Below are positions 32,389 through 46,500 of a DNA stretch of 64,000 nt, piece after piece (position 1 is the stretch's first letter; every line of letters begins with the position of its first letter). The notes beneath the pieces were generated by a model. That model searched no databases. It saw nothing but the letters and a program-made list of their open reading frames with translations, and had not been told where the DNA came from. Source of the DNA: Macrostomum lignano (lineage: Eukaryota); contig NIVC01000473.1 in NCBI GenBank assembly GCA_002269645.1, positions 1 to 64,000 on the forward strand, written 5' to 3'. The translations under genes and the position numbers were made by a program.

Positions 32389-35300
32389 TTAGCCTGGCAC
32401 ACTCACCCTATAGTCCAGTCGAACTTTCATATGCCGCCTGACAATATCGGCGTACAGAGACCGACCAACAAGCCCGTATCCAGTCGCTAACAAGCCTTCA
32501 ATCAGGTCGTCATAGCAACCAATCTTAGTTGGCACGCTAAGCAGATCTAAGCCGAGCTCCAATCCCATGCCGGGATCGCCTTCGTCGTTAGCAAATTGAA
32601 CCAGAGTGACCAGCTCGTCCACTGGTTCCAGCAGAGTCAGGCGAGTCTGCTTATCATACTCCGAGTCGCATTTCGCGGCTATTTGAGTGAGCAGTTTACG
32701 CAAGCTGGCATCAGTCTCGGGCAGTTCTCTGTAGCCTACACCGTCGCTAGATAAGCGAACGCACAGGCCAAGTCCGTTCAAAGTGGGAGCTACAACAGTG
32801 TATGACCCGCTGGTCTTCTTGGCTCGAGAACGGCACTTGACAACCTTTGACATTTCGGCGGCCGACGGTACGGGCTGATGACAGAATTTGGCCAGCTTAC
32901 TGATCAGCTGGTTCTGCTGTTGGATTGCTTGAGCACTGAGGGACTTCTTGCAGCGGCGTTGGGCGTGGAGACTGAAAGAGTTTTGATGAGGCGAGGATCA
33001 ACTCCAAGGCATAGGGTGCACATGCCTGACGATTAGAATGTACACCCTGAGTGTGTGCGTGTATGAGTGCGTGCCAGTATTGGCATTCCTCATCCCTGAC
33101 TGTAGGGAATCCCCATCCCTGATTGTAGGGAATCATTGTTCCTGATTGTAGGGAATCCCCATCCCTGATTGTAGGGAATCCCCATCCCTGATTGTAGGGA
33201 ATCCCCATCCCTGATTGTAGGGAATCCCCATCCCTGATTGTAGGGAATCATTGTTCCTGATTGTAGGGAATCCCCATCCCTGATTGTAGGGAATCCCCAT
33301 CCCTGATTGTAGGGAATCCCCATCCCTGATTGTAGGGAATCCCCATCCCTGATTGTAGGGAATCATTGTTCCTGATTGTAGGGAATCCCCATCCCTGATT
33401 GTAGGGAATCCCTATCCCTGATTGTAGGGAAACATTGTTCCTGATTGTAGGGAATCCCCATCCCTGATTGTAGGGAATCCCCATCCCTGATTGTAGGGAA
33501 TCCCAATCCCTGATTGTAGGGAATCCCAATCCCTGATTGTAGGGAATCATTGTCCCTGATTGTAGGGAATCCCCATCCCTGATTGTAGGGAATCATTGTT
33601 CCTGATTGTAGGGAATCCCCATCCCTGATTGTAGGGAATCCCAATCCCTGATTGTAGGGAATCCCAATCCCTGATTGTAGGGAATCATTGTCCCTGATTG
33701 TAGGGAATCCCCATCCCTGATTGTAGGGAATCATTGTCCCTGATTGTAGGGAATCCCCATCCCTGATTGTGGGGAATCCTCATACCTGATTGTAGGGAAT
33801 CATTGTTCCTGATTGTAGGGAATCCCCATCCCTGATTGTAGAGAATCCTTGTTCCTGACTGTAGGGAATCCCCATCCCTGATTGTGGGGAATCCCCATCC
33901 CTGATTGTAGGGAATCCCAATCCCTGATTGTAGGGAATCCCAATCCCTGATTGTAGGGAATCATTGTCCCTGATTGTAGGGAATCCCCATCCCTGATTGT
34001 AGGGAATCATTGTCCCTGATTGTAGGGAATCCCCATCCCTGATTGTGGGGAATCCTCATACCTGATTGTAGGGAATCATTGTTCCTGATTGTAGGGAATC
34101 CCCATCCCTGATTGTAGAGAATCCTTGTTCCTGACTGTAGGGAATCCCCATCCCTGATTGTGGGGAATCCCCATCCCTGATTGTAGGGAATCCCCATCCC
34201 TGATTGTGGGGAATCCCCATCCCTAATTGTAGGGAATCTCCATCCCTGATTGTAGGGAATCCCCATCCCTGATTGTAGGGAATCCCCGTCCCCGAATATA
34301 AATCGCCACAAAGAAATCACTCACGCCAGACAGTACAAAATAGACTCGCCCATCAAGTCAAAGTGGCCATCAACTCTAGCACTATTTGAGGCCAAACAAG
34401 CCGGCTCCAATTCTGGCGAATCCCTCACGTAGCCGATGTGATACTCTTTCTGATCTCCTTCATTGGCGTCGTCAATAGCAACGAATAGAGTGAGAAACTC
34501 AGGTGGATCATGAGCATAGCGACAGTGAGTTAGCCAATCGTATTCCAGCACAGTTGGTTTATCATTGCTGCTGCTAGCGGCTCCGTAGCAGAGAAGAAAG
34601 TCGAACGGGCCGCACGGTTCAATGCCCAGAGGACGAAGAGTGGACTTGAACCGGTCGGCTGCGTTTTTGCGGGCACCTGTGCTGCAGACATGTGCAGTGC
34701 GATTTTATATCAATATTTATGAACTGTTATGCGACTCTGTGTACTTTATGTGACTGAGGTTGATCTAGAGTGAAAGATATTGATCTAGAGTGACTGAGAT
34801 TGATCTAGAGTGACTAAGATTGATCTAGAGTAACTGAGATTGATCTAGAGTAACTGAGATTGATCTAGAGTAACTGAGATTGATCTAGAGTGACTGAGAT
34901 TGATCTAGAGTAACCGAGATTGATCTAGAGTAACTGAGATTGATCTAGAGTAACTGAGATTGATCTAGAGTGACCGAGATTGATCTAGAGTAACTGAGAT
35001 TGATCTAGAGTAACTGAGATTGATCTAGAGTGACCGAGATTGATCTAGAGTAACTGAGATTGATCTAGAGTAACTGAGATTGATCTAGAGTAACTGAGAT
35101 TGATCTAGAGTAGCTGAGATTGATCTAGAGTAACTGAGATTGATCTAAAGTAACTGAGATTGATCTAGAGTAACTGAGATTGATCTAGAGTAACTGAGAT
35201 TGATCTAGAGTAACTGAGATTGATCTAGAGTGACTGAGATTGATCTAGAGTAACTGAGATTGATCTAGAGTGACCGAGATGAATCTAGAGAGACTAAGAT

Positions 35301-36126
35301 TGATCTAGAGTGACCGAGATTGATCTAGAGTAACTGAGATTGATCTAGAGTAACTGGGATTGATCTAGAGTGACTGAGATTGATCTAGAGTAACTGAAAT
35401 TGATCTAGAGTGACCGAGATGAATCTAGAGTGACTAAGATTGATCTAGAGTGACCGAGATTGATCTAGAGTGACTAAGATTGATCTAGAGTAACTGAGAT
35501 TGATCTAGAGTGACTGAGATTGATCTAGAGTAACTGAGATTGATCTAGAGTGAATGAGATTGATATAGTGAGAGCTTGATATAGACTGACTGAGATAGAT
35601 ATAGGGTGACTGAGATGGATCTAGGGTGACTAAATGGTGACTGGATGATTCAGAGGTGACTAAGCTTGATCTAGAGTGACTAGATGGCTCAGGAAAGTAA
35701 CTGAGTTCAATCTATAGTGACTGAGGTGACTAAGGAAGAGCTGACCTGAATCATGAGTGACTAACAATCGTGAAGTTAATAAGCGTTAATGTTTCAAAAC
35801 CAGTCGGCCAGCCCTCACCCTCCATTAAGCTTATTGGCAGAGCAATCAACATTAATATCGCATTCAGCCAGGCAGAACTCGAACAGTTTGAGCAGCTCCT
35901 GCGGGAAACGGACTCCACCGTATGCGGCCTCAAGTGCTACAACAGCGGCAGAATCAATTGTTGGCAAATTGGTCACAGCTATTGGCAGTGGAAACGGCAG
36001 AGTACGTGCCCTAATCCTACCACTAGCCCCATCCACATCTCGAGCTGCTCGTTTCGTCGAACCATTCTGAGCTTCCACCAAAGAAGCGTCACCGGCAGTT
36101 GAAGGTCTTTTTCGACCGCGCGGCAT
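32389..36126 (-). CDS. HPF1: Histone PARylation factor 1, 3 exons, ~415 aa
   Basis: Exons 36126-35819, 34681-34325 and 32971-32389, in phase with GT-AG. Motifs HDPPEF, YHIGYVRDSP, VGYRELPETDA and VQFANDEGDPGMGLELG (catalytic Glu of NDE retained). Confidence 0.92.
33086..34290. repeat. 23-bp minisatellite (gattgtagggaatccccatccct) in HPF1 intron 2
   Basis: Direct tandem copies. Confidence 0.95.
34760..35575. repeat. 20-bp minisatellite (tgatctagagtaactgagat) in HPF1 intron 1
   Basis: Period 20 visible as column alignment across lines. Confidence 0.95.
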
Positions 36127-36294
36127 TTTTTACTTTATAAACAAAAAAATTATAACAGAAAAGTATGGCAGTTATAAATCGTTTGAGTAATGAAGCTTTG
36201 GTGTTGTTTTTAAATTACCTAACCACAATAGCCTAGAGTATCCCACAGCTTTTGCGGATGCCACGGCCAATTCCTCAGGCAAGCTAATCGGATG

Positions 36295-37275
36295 TTACAC
36301 CCTCCCTGAGGTCACTCAGGGGCACCACAACCCTTCCTAAGGTCACTTTCAGGGGCGCCACAACCCTCACTCAGGACACTTTCAGGGGCGTCAAAACCCT
36401 TCCTCAGGTCACTTTCAGGTGCCACAACCCTTCCTAAGGTCACTTTCAGGGGCGCCACAACCCTCACTCAGGACACTTTCAGGGGCGTCAAAACCCTTCC
36501 TCAGGTCACTTTCAGGTGCCACAACCCTTCCTGAGGTCACTTTCAGGTGCCACAACCCTTCCTGTGGTCACTTTCAGGGGCGCCACAACCCTCACTCAGG
36601 ACACTTTCAGGGGCGTCAAAACCCTTCCTCAGGTCACTTTCAGGTGCCACAACCCTTCCTGTGGTCACTTTCAGGTGCCACAACCCTTCCTCAAGTCACT
36701 TCAAGTGCCACAATCCTTCCTCAGGTCACTTTCAGGTGCCACAACCCTTCTTCAGGTCACCTTTGGGGGCGCTACAACCCTTCCTGAGGTCACTTTCGGG
36801 GGCGCCACAACCCTTACTCAGGTCACTTTCAGGGGCGCCACACCCTTACTCAGGTCACTTTCGGGGGCGCCACAACCCTTCCTGAAGTTACTTTCAGGGG
36901 CCTTAACCCTTCCTCATGTCACTTTCAGGTGCCACAAACCTTCTTCAGGTCCCCTTTAGGGGCGCCACAACCCTTCCTGAGGTCACTTTCAGGGGCGCCA
37001 CAACCCTTCCTCAGGTCACTTTCAGGTGCCACAAACCTTCTTCAGGTCACCTTTAGGGGCGCCACAACCCTTCCTGAGGTCACTTTCAGGGGCGCCACAA
37101 CCCTTCCTCAGGTCACTTTCAGGGGCGCCACAACCCTTCCTCAGGTCACTTTCAGGAGCGTCACAACCCTTCCTCAGGTCACTTTCGGGGGCGCCACAAC
37201 CCTTCCTCAGGTCATTTTCGGGGGCGCCACAACCCTTCTTAAGGTCACTTTCAGGGGCGCCACAACCCTTACTCG
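36295..37275. repeat. 31-33-bp minisatellite (ttcaggggcgccacaacccttcctcaggtcact) upstream of HPF1
   Basis: Direct tandem copies. Confidence 0.92.
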
Positions 37276-37946
37276 CACCACCCTCCCTCAAAGCTCAAAG
37301 CTCACAAAGTTCAAAGGTCACTTGGGCAAGTCACCTTCGGCAAAGGTTACTTTTTACTTTAACTTTTGATGTTTTTTAAATTAAAAAAATACATTGAGTA
37401 CCTAGTAAAAAGGCCAATTAGCAATAAATCTTTCAAAGTCAATTTGTAATTTTTTATTAGCAGATAATTACAGATAAGCAATATGAATAATATTTAAATG
37501 ATCAATAAAAGTACACTGTATTTTATAGAAAAAATAATAATAAGATTTTAAGAGTGCGGCTCGATACGCACATAGCAGTCATATATAAAAAGCGACAGAA
37601 ATTACACTAAAATATTGAGCTTTTTTGTACACAAAAGCTGGCTAAACGACACTGATGATATATTTGATATCGTGACAAGAAGTTTATTTCACACGAGAAA
37701 AACCTGCAAGAGATTAAGCCGTACAGGTAAGAGAAAGAGACTGCCTGGAAGGTGGGGTAGGTTAGCTGTCCGCATAGTATGTGCGGAACACAAAATTTGT
37801 GATGTAAGTTAACAAATAGGGCGTGGTACACGATTTCTCAAAAAGGTTGATATACAAATTAATTTAAATATTATTTACAAACAACGGGTGAACTACAGTT
37901 AAGAAGTATTTCTAGTCACAAATATTTGCAAAGGTAGTAGATGTAG

Positions 37947-40162
37947 ACATTGGCTAGAGTAGCAATCCGTTCTTTTACATTCATCCATGATGTTGGCTAG
38001 ATTAGCAATCCATTCTATTCCTTCATCAATGATGTTGGCTAGATTAGCAATCCATTCTATTACTTCATCAATGATGTTGGCTAGATTATCAATCCATTCT
38101 TTTACATTCATCCATGATGTTGGCTAGATTAGCAATCCATTCTATTACTTCATCTATGATGCTGGCTAGATTAGCAATCCATTCTATTCCTTCATCAATG
38201 ATGCTGGCTAGATTAGCAATCCATTCTATTCCTTCATCTATGATGCTGGCTAGATTAGCAATCCATTCTATTCCTTCATTAATGATGCTGGCTAGATTAT
38301 CAATCCATTCTATTCCTTCATCAATGATGTTGGCTAGATTAGCAATCCATTCTATTCCTTCATCCATGATGTTGGCTAGATTAGCAATCCATTCTTTTAC
38401 ATTCATCGATGATGCTGGCTAGATTAGCAATCCATTCTATTCCTTCATCCATTGTGTTGGCTAGATTAGCAATCCATTCTATTCCTTCATCCATTGCGTT
38501 GGCTAGATTAGCAATCCATTCTATTCCTTCATCAATGATGCTGGCTAGATTAGCAATCCATTCTATTCCTTCATCAATGATGTTGGCTAGATTAGCAATC
38601 CATTCTATTCCTTCATCAATGATGTTGGCTAGATTAGCAATCCATTCTTTTACATTCATCCATGATGTTGGCTAGATTAGCAATCCATTCTATTACTTCA
38701 TCAATGATGTTGGCTAGATTATCAATCCATTCTTTTACATTCATCCATGATGTTGGCTAGATTAGCAATCCATTCTATTCCTTCATCTATGATGCTAGCT
38801 AGATTAGCAATTCATTCTATTACTTCATCAATGATGTTGGCTAGATTAGCAATCCATTCTTTTACATTCATCTATGATGTTGGCTAGATTAGCAATCCAT
38901 TCTATTCCTTCATATATGATGCTAGCTAGATTAGCAATCCATTCTATTCCTTCATCTATGATGCTAGCTAGATTAGCAATTCATTCTATTACTTCATCAA
39001 TGATGTTGGCTAGATTAGCAATCCGTTCTTTTACATTCATCCATGATGTTGGCTAGATTAGCAATCCATTCTATTCCTTCATATATGATGCTAGCTAGAT
39101 TAGCAATTCATTCTATTCCTTCATCTATGATGCTAGCTAGATTAGCAATTCATTCTATTACTTCATCAATGATGTTGGCTAGATTAGCAATCCGTTCTTT
39201 TACATTCATCCATGATGTTGGCTAGATTAGCAATCCATTCTATTCCTTCATATATGATGCTAGCTAGATTAGCAATTCATTCTATTACTTCATCAATGAT
39301 GTTGGCTAGATTAGCAATCCATTCTTTTACATTCATGCATGATGTTGGCTAGATTAGCAATCCATTCTTTTACATTCATCCATGATGTTGGCTAGATTAG
39401 CAATCCATTCTATTACTTCATCAATGATGTTGGCTAGATTATCAATCCATTCTTTTACATTCATCCATGATGTTGGCTAGATTAGCAATCCATTCTATTC
39501 CTTCATCTATGATGCTAGCTAGATTAGCAATTCATTCTATTACTTCATCAATGATGTTGGCTAGATTAGCAATCCATTCTTTTACATTCATCTATGATGT
39601 TGGCTAGATTAGCAATCCATTCTATTCCTTCATATATGATGCTAGCTAGATTAGCAATCCATTCTATTCCTTCATCTATGATGCTAGCTAGATTAGCAAT
39701 TCATTCTATTACTTCATCAATGATGTTGGCTAGATTAGCAATCCGTTCTTTTACATTCATCCATGATGTTGGCTAGATTAGCAATCCATTCTATTCCTTC
39801 ATATATGATGCTAGCTAGATTAGCAATTCATTCTATTCCTTCATCTATGATGCTAGCTAGATTAGCAATTCATTCTATTACTTCATCAATGATGTTGGCT
39901 AGATTAGCAATCCGTTCTTTTACATTCATCCATGATGTTGGCTAGATTAGCAATCCATTCTATTCCTTCATATATGATGCTAGCTAGATTAGCAATTCAT
40001 TCTATTACTTCATCAATGATGTTGGCTAGATTAGCAATCCATTCTTTTACATTCATGCATGATGCTGGCTAGATTAGCAATCCATTCTATTACTTCATCA
40101 ATGATGCTGGCTAGATTAGCAATCCATTCTATTCCTTCATCAATGATGCTGGCTAGATTAGC
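37947..40162. repeat. 42-bp minisatellite (atccattctattccttcatcaatgatgttggctagattagca) 3' of the CUL5 stop codon
   Basis: 14-aa pseudo-periodicity in the ORF track; identical blocks 720 bp apart (38874 vs 39594; 39043 vs 39763). Confidence 0.95.
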
Positions 40163-40576
40163 TATTAGCAATTTTACTTTCCATCAATAATCACGTGCAT
40201 TTTAGATTATTCTACCTAGACAAAACAGTAAATAGACACTGTTGCAAAGTAACTTACACATTTTGTCAGTGATTAGCTGCAACCACAGTATGCCTATGAA
40301 GGCCATCAAAAATAGAAAGCAGGTGTCAGTCAGTTAAAAAAAGCATGGTCATTCTGTAAAACAAGGGACACAAGTTAGAAAGTTGAACTGATTACACTGA
40401 TTCAGGGCCAACTGGTTTCCACTTTAAAACAATTACGTACTATCATTAGAAAATAGACCGATTTTCATTGAAAAGTGCATAAATTATATCACTCGAAGCG
40501 AAGAAAACGAAAAAAACCTGTTAATTGCAATCGGATTTGTCTATTAAAAAATCTTAACGAAGTGAACGAAATTCCG

Positions 40577-43500
40577 TCAGGCTCGATAAATGTAAACGCT
40601 CATGTCGACCTCGTCGCGTCTTAAATAGTCGTTCTGTATCATCCAGTCTATTTGTTCTTTGATCATCTTGCGGCTTGGCACAAACTGGCGAGCTAGTAGG
40701 CGGATTAACTCGCTGCAGAGTTCGGCGTTGTGCATCCGCTTGCGAGACTTCATTATGGTCACTATGGCCTCCTGGGGGATAGGGCGAAAGTTATTGTGAA
40801 TACATGTGTGATTTGTGAAGCTGTAGTGAATGCCAGTGTGATTTGTGAAGCTGTAGTGAATGCCTGTGTGATTTGTAAAGCTGTAGTGAATGCCTGTGTG
40901 ATTTGTGAAGCTGTAGTGAATGCCAGTGTGATTTGTGAAGCTGTAGTGAATGCCTGTGTGATTTGTAAAGCTGTAGTGAATGCCTGTGTGATTTGTGAAG
41001 CTGTAGTGAATGCATGTGTGATTTTTGAAGCTGTAGTGAATGTCTGTGTGATTTGTGAAGCTGTAGTGAATGCATGTGTGATTTTTGAAGCTGTAGTGAA
41101 TACATGTGTGATTTGTGAAGCTGTAGTGAGTGTCTGTGTGATTTGTGAAGAAGTAGTGAATTCATGTGTGATTTGTGAAGCTGTAGTGAATGCCTGTGTG
41201 ATTTGTGAAGCTGTAGTGAATACTTGTGTGATTTGTGAAGCTGTAGTGAATGCCTGTGGGATTTGTGAAGCTGTAGTGAATACTTGTGTGATTTGTGAAG
41301 CTGTAGTGAATGCATGTCTGATTTGTGAAGCTGTAGTGAATACATGTGTGATTTGTGAAGCTGTAGTGAGTGTCTGTGTAATTTGTGAAGCTGTAGTGTC
41401 TGTGTGATTTGTAAAGCTGTAGTGAATACTTGTGTGATTTGTAAAGCTGTAGTGAATGCGTGTGTGATTTGTGAAGCTGTAGTGAATTCATGTGTGATTT
41501 GTGAAGCTGTAGTGAATGTCTGTGTGATTTGTGAAGCAGTAGTGAATGTCTGTGTGATTTGTGAAGCTGTAGTGAATGCCAGTGTGATTTGTGAAGCTGT
41601 AGTGAATGCCTGTGTGATTTGTGAAGCTGTAGTGAATGTCTGTGATTTGTGAAGCTGTAGTGAATGCATGTGTGATTTTTGAAGCTGTAGTGAATGTCTG
41701 TGTGATTTGTGAAGCAGTAGTGAATGTCTGTGTGATTTGTGAAGCTGTAGTGAATACTTGTGTGATTTGTAAAGCTGTAGTGAATGCATGTGTGATTTGT
41801 GAAGCTGTAGTGAATACATGTGTGATTTGTGAAGCTGTAGTGAGTGTCTGTGTAATTTGTGAAGCTGTAGTGTCTGTGTGATTTGTAAAGCTGTAGTGAA
41901 TACTTGTGTGATTTGTGAAGCTGTAGTGAATGCGTGTGTGATTTGTGAAGCTGTAGTGAATTCATGTGTGATTTGTGAAGCTGTAGTGAATGCCTGTGTG
42001 ATTTGTGAAGCTGTAGTGAATGCCTGTGTGATTTGTGAAGCTGTAGTGAATGCATGTGTGATTTTTGAAGCTGTAGTGAATGTCTGTGATTTGTGAAGCT
42101 GTAGTGAATGTCTTTGTGATTTGTGAAGCTGTAGTGAATGTCTGTGTGATTTGTGAAGCTGTAGTGAATGTCTGTGTGATTTGTGAAGCTGTAGTGAATG
42201 CCTGTGTGATTTGTAAAGCTGTAGTGAATACTTGTGTGATTTGTGAAGCTGTAGTGAATGCGTGTGTGATTTGTGAAGCTGTAGTGAATTCATGTGTGAT
42301 TTGTGAAGCTGTAGTGAATGTCTGTGTGATTTGTAAAGCAGTAGTGAATGTCTGTGTGATTTGTGAAGCTGTAGTGAATACATGTGTGATTTGTGAAGCT
42401 GTAGTGAATGCCTGTGTGATTTGTGAAGCTGTAGTGAATGCATGTCTGATTTGTGAAGCTGTAGTGAATACATGTGTGATTTGTGAAGCTGTAGTGAGTG
42501 TCTGTGTGATTTGTGAAGCTGTAGTGAATGCCAGTGTGATTTGTGAAGCTGTAGTGAGTGTCTGTGTGATTTGTGAAGCTGTAGTGAATGTCTGTGTGAT
42601 TTGTGAAGCTGTAGTGAATGTCTTTGTGATTTGTGAAGCTGTAGTGAATGTCTGTGTGATTTGTGAAGCTGTAGTGAATGTCTGTGTGATTTGTGAAGCT
42701 GTAGTGAATGCCTGTGTGATTTGTAAAGCTGTAGTGAATACTTGTGTGATTTGTGAAGCTGTAGTGAATGCGTGTGTGATTTGTGAAGCTGTAGTGAATT
42801 CATGTGTGATTTGTGAAGCTGTAGTGAATGTCTGTGTGATTTGTGAAGCAGTAGTGAATGTCTGTGTGATTTGTAAAGCTGTAGTGAATGCCAGTGTGAT
42901 TTGTGAAGCTGTAGTGAATGTCTGTGTGATTTGTGAAGCTGTAGTGAATACTTGTGTGATTTGTGAAGCTGTAGTGAATGCCTGTGGGATTTGTGAAGCT
43001 GTAGTGAATACTTGTGTGATTTGTGAAGCTGTAGTGAATGCATGTCTGATTTGTGAAGCTGTAGTGAATACATGTGTGATTTGTGAAGCTGTAGTGAGTG
43101 TCTGTGTAATTTGTGAAGCTGTAGTGTCTGTGTGATTTGTAAAGCTGTAGTGAATACTTGTGTGATTTGTGAAGCTGTAGTGAATGCGTGTGTGATTTGT
43201 GAAGCTGTAGTGAATTCATGTGTGATTTGTGAAGCTGTAGTGAATGTCTGTGTGATTTGTGAAGCAGTAGTGAATGTCTGTGCGATTTGTAAAGCTGTAG
43301 TGAATGCCAGTGTGATTTGTGAAGCTGTAGTGAATGCCTGTGTGATTTGTGAAGCTGTAGTGAATGTCTGTGATTTGTGAAGCTGTAGTGAATGCATGTG
43401 TGATTTTTGAAGCTGTAGTGAATGTCTGTGTGATTTGTGAAGCAGTAGTGAATGTCTGTGTGATTTGTGAAGCTGTAGTGAATACTTGTGTGATTTGTGA

Positions 43501-46500
43501 AGCTGTAGTGAATGCATGTCTGATTTGTGAAGCTGTAGTGAATACATGTGTGATTTGTGAAGCTGTAGTGAGTGTCTGTGTAATTTGTGAAGCTGTAGTG
43601 TCTGTGTGATTTGTAAAGCTGTAGTGAATACTTGTGTGATTTGTGAAGCTGTAGTGAATGCGTGTGTGATTTGTGAAGCTGTAGTGAATTCATGTGTGAT
43701 TTGTGAAGCTGTAGTGAATGTCTGTGTGATTTGTGAAGCAGTAGTGAATGTCTGTGTGATTTGTGAAGCTGTAGTGAATGCCAGTGTGATTTGTGAAGCT
43801 GTAGTGAATGCCTGTGTGATTTGTTAAGCTGTAGTGAATGCCTGTGTGATTTGTGAAGCTGTAGTGAATGCATGTGTGATTTTTGAAGCTGTAGTGAATG
43901 TCTGTGATTTGTGAAGCTGTAGTGAATGCATGTGTGATTTTTGAAGCTGTAGTGAATACATGTGTGATTTGTGAAGCTGTAGTGAGTGTCTGTGTGATTT
44001 GTGAAGCTAAAGTAATAGCATGTGTGATTTGTGAAGAAGTAGTGAATTCATGTGTGATTTGTGAAGCTGTAGTGAATGCCTGTGTGATTTGTGAAGCTGT
44101 AGTGAATACATGTGTGATTTGTGAAGCTGTAGTGAATACATGTGTGATTTGTGAAGCTGTAGTGAATGTCTGTGATTTGTGAAGCTGTAGTGAATGCCTG
44201 TGTGATTTGTGAAGCTGTAGTGAATGCATGTCTGATTTGTGAAGCTGTAGTGAATACATGTGTGATTTGTGAAGCTGTAGTGAGTGTCTGTGTAATTTGT
44301 GAAGCTGTAGTGTCTGTGTGATTTGTGAAGCTGTAGTGAGTGTCTGTGTGATTTGTGAAGCTGTAGTGAATGTCTGTGTGATTTGTGAAGCTGTAGTGAA
44401 TGTCTTTGTGATTTGTGAAGCTGTAGTGAATGTCTGTGTGATTTGTGAAGCTGTAGTGAATGTCTGTGTGATTTGTGAAGCTGTAGTGAATGCCTGTGTG
44501 ATTTGTAAAGCTGTAGTGAATACTTGTGTGATTTGTGAAGCTGTAGTGAATGCGTGTGTGATTTGTGAAGCTGTAGTGAATTCATGTGTGATTTGTGAAG
44601 CTGTAGTGAATGTCTGTGTGATTTGTGAAGCAGTAGTGAATGTCTGTGTGATTTGTGAAGCTGTAGTGAATGCCAGTGTGATTTGTGAAGCTGTAGTGAA
44701 TGCATGTGTGATTTTTGAAGCTGTAGTGAATGTCTGTGTGATTTGTGAAGCAGTAGTGAATGTCTGTGTGATTTGTGAAGCTGTAGTGAATACTTGTGTG
44801 ATTTGTGAAGCTGTAGTGAATGCATGTCTGATTTGTGAAGCTGTAGTGAATACATGTGTGATTTGTGAAGCTGTAGTGAGTGTCTGTGTAATTTGTGAAG
44901 CTGTAGTGTCTGTGTGATTTGTAAAGCTGTAGTGAATACTTGTGTGATTTGTGAAGCTGTAGTGAATGCGTGTGTGATTTGTGAAGCTGTAGTGAATTCA
45001 TGTGTGATTTGTGAAGCTGTAGTGAATGTCTGTGTGATTTGTGAAGCAGTAGTGAATGTCTGTGTGATTTGTGAAGCTGTAGTGAATGCCAGTGTGATTT
45101 GTGAAGCTGTAGTGAATGCCTGTGTGATTTGTTAAGCTGTAGTGAATGCCTGTGTGATTTGTGAAGCTGTAGTGAATGCATGTGTGATTTTTGAAGCTGT
45201 AGTGAATGTCTGTGATTTGTGAAGCTGTAGTGAATGCATGTGTGATTTTGAAGCTGTAGTGAATACATGTGTGATTTGTGAAGCTGTAGTGAGTGTCTGT
45301 GTGATTTGTGAAGCTAAAGTAATAGCATGTGTGATTTGTGAAGAAGTAGTGAATTCATGTGTGATTTGTGAAGCTGTAGTGAATGCCTGTGTGATTTGTG
45401 AAACTGTAGTGAATGCCTGTGTGATTTGTGAAGCTGTAGTGAATACATGTGTGATTTGTGAAGCTGTAGTGAATACATGTGTGATTTGTGAAGCTGTAGT
45501 GAATGTCTGTGATTTGTGAAGCTGTAGTGAATGCCTGTGTGATTTGTGAAGCTGTAGTGAATGCATGTCTGATTTGTGAAGCTGTAGTGAATACATGTGT
45601 GATTTGTGAAGCTGTAGTGAGTGTCTGTGTAATTTGTGAAGCTGTAGTGTCTGTGTGATTTGTGAAGCTGTAGTGAGTGTCTGTGTGATTTGTGAAGCTG
45701 TAGTGAATGTCTGTGTGATTTGTGAAGCTGTAGTGAATGTCTTTGTGATTTGTGAAGCTGTAGTGAATGTCTGTGTGATTTGTGAAGCTGTAGTGAATGT
45801 CTGTGTGATTTGTGAAGCTGTAGTGAATGCCTGTGTGATTTGTAAAGCTGTAGTGAATACTTGTGTGATTTGTGAAGCTGTAGTGAATGCGTGTGTGATT
45901 TGTGAAGCTGTAGTGAATGTCTGTGTGATTTGTGAAGCTGTAGTGAATGTCTGTGTGATTTGTGAAGCAGTAGTGAATGTCTGTGTGATTTGTGAAGCTG
46001 TAGTGAATGCCAGTGTGATTTGTGAAGCTGTAGTGAATGTCTGTGTGATTTGTGAAGCTGTAGTGAATGCCTGTGTGATTTGTGAAGCTGTAGTGAATGC
46101 ATGTGTGATTTTTGAAGCTGTAGTGAATGTCTGTGATTTGTGAAGCTGTAGTGAATTCATGTGTGATTTTTGAAGCTGTAGTGAATACATGTGTGATTTG
46201 TGAAGCTGTAGTGAGTGTCTGTGTGATTTGTGAAGCTAAAGTAATAGCATGTGTGATTTGTGAAGAAGTAGTGAATTCATGTGTGATTTGTGAAGCTGTA
46301 GTGAATGCCTGTGTGATTTGTGAAACTGTAGTGAATGCCTGTGTGATTTGTGAAGCTGTAGTGAATACATGTGTGATTTGTGAAGCTGTAGTGAATTCAT
46401 GTGTGATTTGTGAAGCTGTAGTGAATGTCTGTGATTTGTGAAGCTGTAGTGAATGCCTGTGTGATTTGTGAAGCTGTAGTGAATGCATGTCTGATTTGTG

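Noticed and set aside
33086-40162. CRISPR-like arrays or repeat proteins (20-, 23-, 33- and 42-bp repeats)
   Set aside because: Head-to-tail units with no unique spacers, eukaryotic context, no cas genes.
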